Assembly (NCBI GenBank): GCA_963778645.1
Contig: CAVZVH010000021.1
Location: forward strand, 17,191-81,190
Direction of reading: 5' to 3'
DNA: 64,000 bases
Origin: an uncultured Chloroflexia bacterium
Lineage (GTDB): Bacteria; Chloroflexota; Limnocylindria; Limnocylindrales; CSP1-4
The notes beneath the pieces were generated by a model. The model had not been told where the DNA came from and ran no database searches. It saw nothing but the letters and a program-made list of their open reading frames with translations. Both the position numbers and the translations under genes were made by a program. Below are positions 21,540 to 30,969 of the stretch, one piece after another; position 1 is the first letter of the stretch; each line of letters begins with the position of its first letter.

Positions 21540-22694
21540 ATGGGCAGCGAACACCGACAGACGGAGCGGTTCGACACCGTGATCATCGGAGGCGGGCAGG
21601 CAGGACTGGCCGCCGGGTACGAACTGAAGAAACGGGGCGTGCCGTTCGTCGTCCTCGAGTCGAATGCCCGCATCGGCGACAACTGGCGGTCTCGATGGGA
21701 ATCGCTCCGGCTGTACAGCCCGGCCCGCGCCGACGGCCTCCCGGGCATGCCGTTCCCGGCCGCGAAGTCCGCCTACCCGACCGGGAAGCAGATGGCCGAC
21801 TACCTGGAGTCCTACGCCAGCGGTGGCCAGCTGCCGGTCCGGACCGGCGTCCACGTCGATCGGCTGCGGGCGCGGGAGGACGGCGCGGAGGGCTACGTCA
21901 TCGAGGCCGGTGACCAGCGCTTCGAGGCGGCCCAGGTCGTCGTGGCGACCGGCCCGTTCCGGCATCCGAATGTCCCGGAGTTCGCCGGCCAGCTCGACCC
22001 GGCGATCCGCCAACTGCATTCGAGCGAGTACCACGGCCCGTGGCAGCTCCAGGACGGTCCGGTCCTGGTCGTCGGTGCCAGTCATTCCGGCGCCGATGTC
22101 GCCCTCGAGGCCGCGACCAACGGCCACCGGACCTACCTGTCCGGTCGGATCCACGGTCAGCTGCCCGTCCCCCTCGAGAGCCGTCGAGGGCGGATCGGCT
22201 TCCGGTTCATGGTGCTCGCCGCCAAGCATGTGCTGACGCTTCGGACCCCGATGGGCCGCGCGATGGCGCCGCACGTCCGGATGGGTGGGGGACCGCTGTT
22301 GCGGGTCCGGCGGCAGGATCTGGACAAGGCCGGCGTGGAGCGTTCAGAGTCGCGCACCGAGGGTGTCAAGGACGGCATGCCGGTGCTGGCCGATGGCCGA
22401 GTGCTCGACGTCGCGAACGTGGTCTGGTGCACGGGCTTCCGCCCCGATTTCAGCTGGATCGAGCTGCCGATCACGGGTGACGACGGTTGGCCGGTGCAGT
22501 GGCGGGGGGTCGTGGCCTCGGCGCCCGGGCTCTACTTCCTGGGCCTGCCGTTCCTGTACGCCTTCGCGTCGATGCTGGTCGCCGGTGCCGGACGGGATGC
22601 CGCCTACGTCGCCGATCACGTCGCCGAGCGCGCGAAGACAAGACAGAGCGCCCGCGGTCGGGGATCGGCGGCCACGTCGAGCCAGGTCGCCTGA
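21540..22694 (+). CDS. Flavin-containing monooxygenase-like NAD(P)/FAD-dependent oxidoreductase
   Basis: FAD motif VIIGGGQAGLAAG, second dinucleotide motif VLVVGASHSGADVA. FMO/CzcO-like length. Confidence 0.75.
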   Translation: MGSEHRQTERFDTVIIGGGQAGLAAGYELKKRGVPFVVLESNARIGDNWRSRWESLRLYSPARADGLPGMPFPAAKSAYPTGKQMADYLESYASGGQLPVRTGVHVDRLRAREDGAEGYVIEAGDQRFEAAQVVVATGPFRHPNVPEFAGQLDPAIRQLHSSEYHGPWQLQDGPVLVVGASHSGADVALEAATNGHRTYLSGRIHGQLPVPLESRRGRIGFRFMVLAAKHVLTLRTPMGRAMAPHVRMGGGPLLRVRRQDLDKAGVERSESRTEGVKDGMPVLADGRVLDVANVVWCTGFRPDFSWIELPITGDDGWPVQWRGVVASAPGLYFLGLPFLYAFASMLVAGAGRDAAYVADHVAERAKTRQSARGRGSAATSSQVA

Positions 22695-22741
22695 CGGAGG
22701 CCTAGCCGAGACGGCCATACTTCGACGCCTGGGGGACTCGA

Positions 22742-23125
22742 GTGGCGTTGGAGGTCGGTGCGATGCGGTTCATCCAGGAGTTCGGGTACACCGTCAAGGT
22801 CGGGCAGGACGAAGCTCACCAGAAGTGGGTGATCGCGAACGACGAGCGCCTGAGGGCGGCCGCGCCGGCGGGGTCGAAGTACATCGGGACGTTCGCCGTG
22901 GTGATCGGCTCCGAGAAGCAGGCCGGCAGTTACCGCGTCCTCATGGAGCTCGACAGCTACGGTGCCATGGATACCGCGGCGGCCGTGGGGAAGGACCCGA
23001 AGAGCGAATGGGCGAAGCTCCTCATCGAGTCGAGCAAATTCTTCGATCTCGACCTAAACGCGCCCTGGAGTACCACGCTCATGAAGGACGTCGTCGACGC
23101 GACGATCTGGGACCCGAAGACCTAG
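22742..23125 (+). CDS. Hypothetical protein
   Basis: High GC3 ORF, no recognised motif. Confidence 0.4.
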   Translation: MALEVGAMRFIQEFGYTVKVGQDEAHQKWVIANDERLRAAAPAGSKYIGTFAVVIGSEKQAGSYRVLMELDSYGAMDTAAAVGKDPKSEWAKLLIESSKFFDLDLNAPWSTTLMKDVVDATIWDPKT

Positions 23126-23208
23126 CGAGACTCTTCCCGCGCATACTGGCCGTTCGAGGGACCTCGGGCACAGGACCCGGGGGCCTGCCGGCTCGAGAGG
23201 GAGACGAC

Positions 23209-23580
23209 ATGGCCGATCATCCGAACGCGGCTTTGGCGCGCAAGGCGATGGATGGGTTCAACAACGGCGACATGGAGGGGATCTCGGCGTTCCTCGCCGA
23301 AGACGTGGTCTGGCATGAGATCGGACGGACCGAGCCACGTCGAGGCCTGGCGGAGATGGCCGCATCCATGGGATCGTCTGACTTCGAGATCACCGCGAAG
23401 CTCCACGACGTCGTCGCGAACGACGACCACACGATCGCGCTCGCAGACGCGACGGCGACCCGCGGCGGCAAGACCTTGAACTACCGGACCGCGGAGATCA
23501 TGCACATCCGCGACGGCAAGGTCGTCGAGCGTTGGGCGTTCTCGGACGACACGGCGGCGATCGTCGAATTCTTCAAGTAG
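23209..23580 (+). CDS. SnoaL/NTF2-like (ketosteroid isomerase-like) protein
   Basis: …MDGFNNGDMEGISAFLAEDVVWHEIG… typical SnoaL-like fold N-terminus. Confidence 0.6.
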   Translation: MADHPNAALARKAMDGFNNGDMEGISAFLAEDVVWHEIGRTEPRRGLAEMAASMGSSDFEITAKLHDVVANDDHTIALADATATRGGKTLNYRTAEIMHIRDGKVVERWAFSDDTAAIVEFFK

Positions 23581-23877
23581 GAGTTCAGGCCCCGTCGGTC
23601 GGCGCCTGGCGCCTCTGTCAGATGCCGATTCGGCACGAACCCCTCGTGGACTCGTGACGAGACGGCAAGAACGGCAGGATTCGGGCGGCCGTTCACGCTC
23701 GTTGATGGCACGAGTGCATCTGGTAGATGCACGGCGGCCTTCGCTCTGCGCTGAGGTGCGCTGCAGCCCCGCCACGGTGCCCTCCGGCACCGCCCTCGAA
23801 ACCGAGGCGTGGATCTCGGCGTCTCCGGGCCATCGGCGACCGCATGCGTCGCCAGCCCAGATGACACGGAGCCTCCC

Positions 23878-24651
23878 ATGCCGCCCACCACGATCACGCT
23901 CACCCTGCCGACGTCGCGCATCCGTTGGATCGGGATCGGGCTGGCCATCGGCCTGCTCGTCGCCGCGATCGCGAGTCCGGCGTTCGCACCACGCGCCGCT
24001 CTCGCAGCGGGCGAGACCCCGCCCGAGCACACGATCAGCGTCACCGGCACGGGCCGGGTCATCATCAGCCCCGACGTCGCCGACCTGCGCCTCGGCGTCT
24101 CGGTCACCAAGCCCACCGTGAAGGCCGCGCAGGCCGCGGCCGCGGCATCGATGACGAAGGTCATGGCAGCCCTCAAGAAGCTCGGCATCGCCGACGCGGA
24201 CCTCCAGACCAGCGGGCTCAGTCTCCAGCCGGTGTACCAGTACAACAACAACGCGAACCCGCCGAAGCTGACCGGCTACACGCTCTCCAACGGGGTCTCG
24301 GTCACGATCCGCGACCTGGCCAAGCTCGGCGACGCGATCGACGACGGCCTGGCGGCCGGCGCCACCACGCTCGACGGCGTGACGTTCCGGGTCGATGACC
24401 CGGCGAAGGCCCAGCAGCAGGCCCGCGTACAGGCGATGACCCAGGCAAAGGCGATCGCGGACACGCTGTCGTCGAGCGCCGGCGTCTCGATCAAGGGCGT
24501 GGCCTCGATCAGCGAGACCAGCGGCCCGATGCCATACCCCGTGTACTACGAAGCGGGTCGCGCCGCCGCGATCGCGGACGGGTCCACGCCCATCCAGGTG
24601 GGCACGAACGAGGTGACCGTCACGGTCTCGGTGGTCTACCTCATCGGCTGA
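23878..24651 (+). CDS. SIMPL domain protein (DUF541, YggE-like)
   Basis: N-terminal TM anchor, …ISVTGTGRVIISPDVADLRLGVSV… and C-terminal …NEVTVTVSVVYLIG. Typical SIMPL architecture. Confidence 0.65.
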   Translation: MPPTTITLTLPTSRIRWIGIGLAIGLLVAAIASPAFAPRAALAAGETPPEHTISVTGTGRVIISPDVADLRLGVSVTKPTVKAAQAAAAASMTKVMAALKKLGIADADLQTSGLSLQPVYQYNNNANPPKLTGYTLSNGVSVTIRDLAKLGDAIDDGLAAGATTLDGVTFRVDDPAKAQQQARVQAMTQAKAIADTLSSSAGVSIKGVASISETSGPMPYPVYYEAGRAAAIADGSTPIQVGTNEVTVTVSVVYLIG

Positions 24652-24749
24652 GCGCCAGGGGTGCTGTCGATTCGGGCCGGGGCCGTTCGTCGTTGGGTCA
24701 GAAGGGCAGCCGAGGCGACTGTGACCCCGGTCCCGGATGAGGAGACCGA

Positions 24750-25103
24750 ATGATGGCGACAACGGGACAGGTGATGCACGTCGAAGTCGTCGGCAAGGAC
24801 GGCAAGGCCCTGCAGCGCTACTACGGCGATCTGTTCGGCTGGAAGATCGACACGAACAACCCGGGCGGCTACGGGATGACCTCGCACGAGGAGACCGGGG
24901 TGGTCGTCGGCATCGGTAGCACCCCGGACGGGTCGGCCGGGCACGTCACGGGCTATGTCCGGGTCGCCGACATCAACGCGACCCTGGCCAAGGCCACGTC
25001 GCTCGGTGGCTCGGTGATCATGCCCAAGTTCAGCCCCGACGGGTCGGCGCAGCTGGCGCTGATCGCCGATCCAGAGGGCCACGTGATCGGCCTGACCGAA
25101 TAG
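24750..25103 (+). CDS. VOC family (glyoxalase/bleomycin-resistance fold) protein
   Basis: …HVEVVGKDGKALQRYYGDLFGWKID… ~117 aa. Confidence 0.6.
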   Translation: MMATTGQVMHVEVVGKDGKALQRYYGDLFGWKIDTNNPGGYGMTSHEETGVVVGIGSTPDGSAGHVTGYVRVADINATLAKATSLGGSVIMPKFSPDGSAQLALIADPEGHVIGLTE

Positions 25104-25198
25104 GGTCGCTTCCCCGCACGGACGAGCCGGGCCCATCCAGGGCCCGGCTTCTTCATGGGTTGACATCGGCGATATGACTGACGATAGTCATACATATC

Positions 25199-25459
25199 AT
25201 GAGCAGTCGAGTAGGAGAGCGCGGCCAGATCACGATCGAAAAGGCTATCCGCGAAGAGCTCGCGATCTACGCCGGTGACGAAGCGGTCCAGCGTGTCGAG
25301 GATGGCCGCATCGTCATCGAGGTGATCCCAGGTCGGCACCGGCGGTCGATGGCGGGAACACTTCGCGATAAGGTCCGGCGCAGGCCACCGAATGAGTCGT
25401 GGCCGACCCTTCGTGCGGCGGCCTGGGAGACGCCCGATCCGGATCGGTCGGGGTCTTGA
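25199..25459 (+). CDS. Type II antitoxin, AbrB/MazE/SpoVT (VapB-like)
   Basis: MSSRVGERGQITIEKAIREELAI… swapped-hairpin motif. Confidence 0.7.
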   Translation: MSSRVGERGQITIEKAIREELAIYAGDEAVQRVEDGRIVIEVIPGRHRRSMAGTLRDKVRRRPPNESWPTLRAAAWETPDPDRSGS

Positions 25460-25854
25460 TCTCCGCCGATACCTCGGTGCTCGTTCGCTACCTCGTCGGG
25501 ACGCCGGCTGCACAGGCCCGACGGGCAGCCGGCCTGATCGATGATGACGCGGTCGAGATCGGGATCTCGCCGGTCGCGCTGGCGGAGTGCGCGCACGTCT
25601 TGCGCACGCAGTACGAGGTCGAGCAGCCCGACATCATCGATAGCCTCATCGGCCTGATCCAGCGCGAGAACGTCCGCGTGCTCGGCCTTCGGACCGATGT
25701 GCTCGTGGAGATGCTGGTCCGTGCCCGCCATCTGCCCGGCCGTCCGATCCCGGACGCGATGATCGTCGCCGCGGCTGTCGCCGCCGACGCGCTCCCGCTC
25801 GCGACGTTCGATCGCGAACAGCGACGGTACGGGGTCGCCGTCCGCGAACCGTGA
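25399..25854 (+). CDS. PIN-domain ribonuclease toxin VapC (start uncertain: GTG 25399 or TTG 25456 overlapping antitoxin stop)
   Basis: LISADTSVLVRYL (first Asp), …DAMIVAAA…, LATFD C-terminal acidic residue. Confidence 0.7.
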   Translation: MADPSCGGLGDARSGSVGVLISADTSVLVRYLVGTPAAQARRAAGLIDDDAVEIGISPVALAECAHVLRTQYEVEQPDIIDSLIGLIQRENVRVLGLRTDVLVEMLVRARHLPGRPIPDAMIVAAAVAADALPLATFDREQRRYGVAVREP

Positions 25855-25869
25855 TCGGCACGGCACTGA

Positions 25870-26406
25870 TCAGGCTGGGCCGGCGGTCCCCACGGCGATC
25901 CGGTAGCGGAGGTGCTGCGGCCCGGACGCGGACGGTGAGATCGACACACCGATCCAGGCGGGCAAGGTGGTGCTGTCGAAGGAGGTCAGCGTCGGGACCA
26001 GCACCGGGCACTCGACGGTGAACGTCCCGCCATCCACGCCGTCCGGGTGGTCCTTCGTGAGATCGCCCCCGGCCGCGTGCAGGTTCACGGTCAGTTCGCC
26101 GTCACCGACACACACGACTGCGACGGCGTAACGCGGCCCGATCGTCGAGAGGATCGTGGTCTCGTGGGCGGGGCCTTCGTTGCTGTCCGTGGCCGCCAGG
26201 GTCCAACCCGGCTCGAAGGCTGTCACGTCCAGCGGCGGGAGACTGGGGACCGGCGTGGGCAGCGGAGTCGGGGTGGGAGTCGGGGACGGTGTGGGTTCGG
26301 CGGTGGGAGCGGCGGTCGGGCTCGAGACAGCGCCATCGCTCGGTGGGGCCGGAGTCGCGCAGGCGGCGAGCAGCCACAGGATCGCCAACAGCGCGATGCG
26401 TCGCAT
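25870..26406 (-). CDS. Pro/Thr-rich secreted lipoprotein
   Basis: MRRIALLAILWLLAACATPAPPS lipobox, PT-rich linker. Confidence 0.55.
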   Translation of the reverse strand: MRRIALLAILWLLAACATPAPPSDGAVSSPTAAPTAEPTPSPTPTPTPLPTPVPSLPPLDVTAFEPGWTLAATDSNEGPAHETTILSTIGPRYAVAVVCVGDGELTVNLHAAGGDLTKDHPDGVDGGTFTVECPVLVPTLTSFDSTTLPAWIGVSISPSASGPQHLRYRIAVGTAGPA

Positions 26407-26539
26407 GTCCCCTCGCTCGATGCCACGGATCGACACGCCGTGCGGCCGCAGTGTACGGCGCGGCCGGTGCCATCGACGGATGTTCCGGGCGACGCGCGTC
26501 GACGCGCAAGGCGTCCCCGGCGAGGACCTCGGGCGGAGG

Positions 26540-26731
26540 CTAGCTCGCGTCGGCCTCGTCGAACGCCAGCGTCCAGGACTCGTCGAGCGCGGCGTCGAGC
26601 CAATCCGGCTCAGCCGAGGCGGCGGTGGCCTGGTCGGCCAGTCGTCGATCGACATACGCCTTGAGTTCGATGGGTCCGGCCTCCCAGAGGCTGCTCGTGC
26701 CGTCGATTCGTGGTGTTGGCTTCTTGGCCAT
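26540..26731 (-). CDS. Small hypothetical protein (63 aa)
   Basis: High GC3, ATG start. Otherwise only antisense junk in this interval. Confidence 0.3.
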   Translation of the reverse strand: MAKKPTPRIDGTSSLWEAGPIELKAYVDRRLADQATAASAEPDWLDAALDESWTLAFDEADAS

Positions 26732-26902
26732 GGCCTGGTCCTCCCGTGGTCCTGCCAATAGCGGCAGGTCTGTGGCCTCGAACGTTGGCGCGACGCACCG
26801 CGCGACGGTACTGGCGGGAAGTACCACGACCGGTGCCGGGACCTTCAGTCGTGCGAGCACGGGACACGCGGTTGAGTCGCCGGTCGCGGGCGTGCTAGGG
26901 TC

Positions 26903-27454
26903 GTGGCCATGAGCGACCTCATCGCCCAGACGATCAACGTCCTTCGCGTCGATGCCGGTCGCTGGCAGGCGCTCGCGATGCTGGATCGGGACCTGCTGGG
27001 GCGGCAGCCGGCGCCTGGGGAGTGGTCGGCGCTGCAGTGCCTCGGACACGCCGCGGATACCGAGTCGGCCGTCTTCGCCGAGCGAGTTCGGGCGATCCTG
27101 ACCGGCCAACCCGTGCTGCGCAGCTACGAACCGGACGTCGAGTCGACGCCGGTCACCGCCGAGACCGATCCGCAGCACCTCGCCGAGAAGCACGAGCAAT
27201 TGCGGGCCCGCAGCCTGGAGCTGCTGGCCACCGCGACCGAGGCTGACCTGGACCGGACGTCGCGCCACGCCGATCTCGGGATCGTGTCGCTGCGTGAGCT
27301 CCTCAACGAATGGGCTGCCCACGACCTGATGCACATCGTCCAGGCCGAGCGCGCCGTCATGCAGGCGTTCATCCCGGGCTCCGGGCCGTGGCGCCACTAC
27401 TTCGCGGATCACGACGTGGAGGGCAAGGTGGCCGAGGCGTCAACGCCCGGCTGA
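26903..27454 (+). CDS. DinB/YfiT-like (DinB_2, mycothiol-dependent maleylpyruvate isomerase N-terminal-like) protein
   Basis: H…D…H metal triad spacing (…LGHAADTESAVF…, …AAHDLMH…). Confidence 0.6.
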   Translation: MAMSDLIAQTINVLRVDAGRWQALAMLDRDLLGRQPAPGEWSALQCLGHAADTESAVFAERVRAILTGQPVLRSYEPDVESTPVTAETDPQHLAEKHEQLRARSLELLATATEADLDRTSRHADLGIVSLRELLNEWAAHDLMHIVQAERAVMQAFIPGSGPWRHYFADHDVEGKVAEASTPG

Positions 27455-27694
27455 CCCGCGCGCCGGCTCACCGGCGACGATCGGGCGGCGCGCCTCTCAG
27501 AGCGTTCTCAGGGTCCCGGCCCATCTTGATCCCCGTCCTACCTCCCCGGCGACCCAAGCGCCGGCGAACCGAATGACCCGTCTGACGTCCTCCTCCCGTC
27601 TCCCGCGGTCGACCGGCTCGCCGGTGCTCGCCGTTTCCGGACCCGGGGCCACGCCTCGCTTGACCGACCGGTCGACCACGCCCACCCTTTCACC

Positions 27695-28925
27695 ATGACC
27701 CGACGACCGCCGCTGGTGGCCGCGCTCGCCGTTTCCGTCGTCGTCGCCATCGTCGGCACGGTCGTCCTCGCGAACACGCTGGCCGGCCCGAACGACCAGA
27801 ACAGCCTCGTCCGTGACCCGAATGCCAGCCCCACGACTGGCGCCGAAGCGGGCCCGGCCGGGACGCCGACGCCGGTCCCGACCCCGCGCCCGATTCCGAA
27901 GCACGAGGTCTACGGCTACATCCCGTACTGGGAGATGGACGACGGCATCGCGGCGCACGTGCGCGGCACCGACCTCTCCACCGTCGCGCTGTTCTCCATC
28001 ACGAACAAGCGCAACGGCACCATCGACACCGGCCAGAACGGCTACCGGAAGATCACGGGTCCGATCGGCCGGCGGCTGATCCAGGACGCCCACGACCGCG
28101 AGGCGCGGGTCGAGGTCGTCTACACGAGCTTCGGCTTCGAGCGCAACCAGCGCTTCTTCGGCGGCAAGATCGAAACGCAGGACAAGGTCATCACGGGCCT
28201 GGTGACATTCGCGGAAGAGACCGGAGTCGATGGCATCAACGTCGATGTCGAGCAACTCGAAGGCGAGTTCGTGGCGGCCTACGGCGCGTTCGTCGGACGG
28301 CTGCGGCGACGCGCTCCGGGAGAAGATGCCGAAGGCCCAGGTGTCCGTCGCCACGACGGCCAATATCGGCGGCGCCTCGATGGCCGCGGCAGCCGCAACG
28401 GCCGGTGCGGACCGCATCTTCATGATGGGCTACGACTACCACTGGCCCGGATCCGCGCCCGGGGCCTCGTCGCCGCTGGACCGGCGCGACGGTGACGATC
28501 GCGACCTGATCTGGTCGCTGAACCTCTACGAGCTGCTCGGCGTGCCGGTCGATCGAACCCTGCTCGGCCTGCCGCTCTATGGCATGGTCTGGCCGGTGAC
28601 CGGGCCGGAGCTCGGAGCACCAGAGACCGGTCGCGGCGATGCCTGGTTCCCACGCAAGAACGTCGCCTTCCTGCTCGATCCGGCGTCGGTCCCGACGCGC
28701 GACGCGATCGAAGTCGTCGAGATGTACGCGGAAGAGACAGGGACCGGCGAGCCCGTTGGCTGGGAGGCGATCTACGTCGACTCGCCTGGAACGCTGACGC
28801 CGAAGCTCGCGCTTGCCGACGATCGCGGCCTGGCGGGCGCAGGGTTCTGGGCCATCGGCTACGAGCGCGGCCTGCCCGAGTACACGAAGCTCATCAACCG
28901 ATTCCATGCTGGCGAACTCGACTAG
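27695..28925 (+). CDS. Glycoside hydrolase family 18 (chitinase-like), N-terminal membrane anchor. Apparent frameshift ~28295-28315 (split into ORFs 27695..28495 and 28230..28925)
   Basis: DGINVDVEQLEG (DxxDxDxE) and MMGYDYHWPGS GH18 blocks. Confidence 0.75.
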
Positions 28926-29109
28926 ACGCAGGTCGCGGCGTGGATCGCCGGGCAGGCCGATTGGCCGCCCTTCGAGGTCACCGGCGACGTCGAGCGCGAG
29001 CGTGCCCGCGAGGTGATCGCCCGCTTCTGGCCCGACTGATTCCGGGTCGCCCGCTCGACTATCCTCGCTCGTAAGGCTGGACCGAGCGCCGACATCGGAT
29101 GGAGGATCC

Positions 29110-29574
29110 ATGGACGACCTGGGCTACAACCTGATCAAGTACGTGCACGTCGTCTGCGCGATCATCTGGGTCGGCGGCGCGTTCTTCGCCCAACTGTTGG
29201 CGGTCAAGGCCCAGCGGTCCTCGGACCCGATGGAGCTCCCCAAATTCGGTCAGACGGTCGGCGAGCTCGGCATGCGGGTCTTCCTGCCCGCTTCCATCCT
29301 GCTGTTCATCGCCGGACTGATCCTCGTGGCCCAGCGGTGGTCGTTCGGGTCGGTCTGGGTGTCGGTCTCGATGGTCCTGTGGCTCGTGTCGGTGCTGGTC
29401 GGGGCGCTGTATATCGGACCGTCCGGGGTCAGGGTCGGCAAGATCCTCGAGGCCGAGGGGCCCACATCGGTGGCCGGCCGCGCCGGCCTGGCCCGCATCC
29501 TCCTCGTCTCAAGGCTTGAGCTCGTGAGCTTCGCGTTCGTCGTCTTCCTGATGGTGGTCAAGCCCGGCAACTGA
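29110..29574 (+). CDS. DUF2269 family membrane protein
   Basis: Four TM helices, …KYVHVVCAIIWVGGAFF…. Confidence 0.55.
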   Translation: MDDLGYNLIKYVHVVCAIIWVGGAFFAQLLAVKAQRSSDPMELPKFGQTVGELGMRVFLPASILLFIAGLILVAQRWSFGSVWVSVSMVLWLVSVLVGALYIGPSGVRVGKILEAEGPTSVAGRAGLARILLVSRLELVSFAFVVFLMVVKPGN

Positions 29575-29623
29575 CCGAGCGATCCGGCGCGCGCGGGGCC
29601 TCGCCCCGGCGGCCCAGGCGGCC

Positions 29624-29950
29624 CTAGGCGGTCGACGCCTTCGTCGGCACCGGCGTCAGGTGGGTCATGACGCCATAGGTCTCGCCGGTCTCGGGGTCCT
29701 GCCTGGCCGCCACGACGAGGCGGCGGGCTCCCCAGGTCGTAACGATGCGGCGGGCCAGCGGTTTGCCGCCGCGGTAGACCTGGTCCATCAGCTCGAACGC
29801 CTCGGTCGGCAGGCCGACGAGCGCCTCCCTGGCCGGCTGCCCCACGCAGCGGGGCCCGAAGAGCTCGACGAACGCGGCGTTGCCGTGGACGATCATGTGC
29901 CCCGGGCCGACGTGGAACGCGGCCGGGCTGGGCGATCGGGGCAGGCTCAT
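29624..29950 (-). CDS. Small PAS-like protein, translationally coupled to cydB (ATGA overlap)
   Basis: 108 aa. …GHMIVHGNAAFVELFGPRCVGQPAREAL… PAS-like N-terminal pattern. Confidence 0.45.
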   Translation of the reverse strand: MSLPRSPSPAAFHVGPGHMIVHGNAAFVELFGPRCVGQPAREALVGLPTEAFELMDQVYRGGKPLARRIVTTWGARRLVVAARQDPETGETYGVMTHLTPVPTKASTA

Positions 29951-30969
29951 CGGATCCCACTCGGGTCATGTCCGTGCAAGCGGCTGCGCTGATCGAGGGT
30001 GTAGAGGAGCCCGAGCGACGGGGCGATGACGATGGCCGCGACGACGAACACGACCAGCAGGCCAGCCAACGTACCGGCGGGCGCGGCCGCCTCGGTGAGG
30101 GACATCGTCCCGGGCAGGATGTCGGGGTACTGCGCGACGCCCCAGCCCCAGACGATCGCGGTGACCGCCCCGACGGCCATCGCCCGCGTGCCGCGCGGGC
30201 CGCGTCGGCTGAGCGCGACCAGGGCGCCGAGTCCGAAGACGCCGGAGGCCACGATGAGCGGCCAGCCGCTGCGAAGGAGATCGCCCGAGATGACCGGCGC
30301 ATCGAGCTGGATCACGAAGATCCCGACGATCGCGAGGGCGCCCGCCACGATCGCGGCGGCCGTGGCTCGGCGGCGGAAGTAGGACTCGAGCTCGGCGAAC
30401 CCCAGCCGTCGCGCATCGTTGACCAGGAAGACGGCGGCGAGGTACGCACACACGGCGATCGCCAGGAACCCGACCAGGATCGACGTCGGGTTGAGCCAGC
30501 TCCCGAACAGGTCGGCGGGTGCCGGGGAGGTCGAGACCCGACCGCTCGCGATCGCGCCGGCGACGGCGCCGAGGAAGAACGGCGTGACGACCGACGAGAC
30601 TGCGAAGACCGTCTCAGCGAGGCGACGGGCGGTCGGTCCTGCCGCCACCGGTCGGAAGGCGAACGCGGCGCCGCGCAGCACGATCCCGAAGGCGGCCAGG
30701 CTCAGCGGTACGAACAGTGTCGACATGATGGCGGCGAAGGCCGGCGGAAAGGCCGTCCAGAGGATGACCAGATCGAAGATGAGCCAGGTGTGGTTCGCCT
30801 CCCAGACGGGCCCGATGGCGGCCGTGATCAGGGATCGTGCCCGGTCGGCCCGCTCCCCGCGGCCGGCCGCCAGATCCCAGAAGCCCGCCCCGAAGTCGGC
30901 GCCGCCGAAGACGGCATAGGCGGTCACGCCGAGCCATAGGACGATCGCCGTCAGGTCGATGATCGTCAT
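29947..30969 (-). CDS. cydB: Cytochrome bd ubiquinol oxidase subunit II
   Basis: MTIIDLTAIVLWLGVTAYAVFGGADFGAGFWDL…. Confidence 0.9.
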   Translation of the reverse strand: MTIIDLTAIVLWLGVTAYAVFGGADFGAGFWDLAAGRGERADRARSLITAAIGPVWEANHTWLIFDLVILWTAFPPAFAAIMSTLFVPLSLAAFGIVLRGAAFAFRPVAAGPTARRLAETVFAVSSVVTPFFLGAVAGAIASGRVSTSPAPADLFGSWLNPTSILVGFLAIAVCAYLAAVFLVNDARRLGFAELESYFRRRATAAAIVAGALAIVGIFVIQLDAPVISGDLLRSGWPLIVASGVFGLGALVALSRRGPRGTRAMAVGAVTAIVWGWGVAQYPDILPGTMSLTEAAAPAGTLAGLLVVFVVAAIVIAPSLGLLYTLDQRSRLHGHDPSGIR

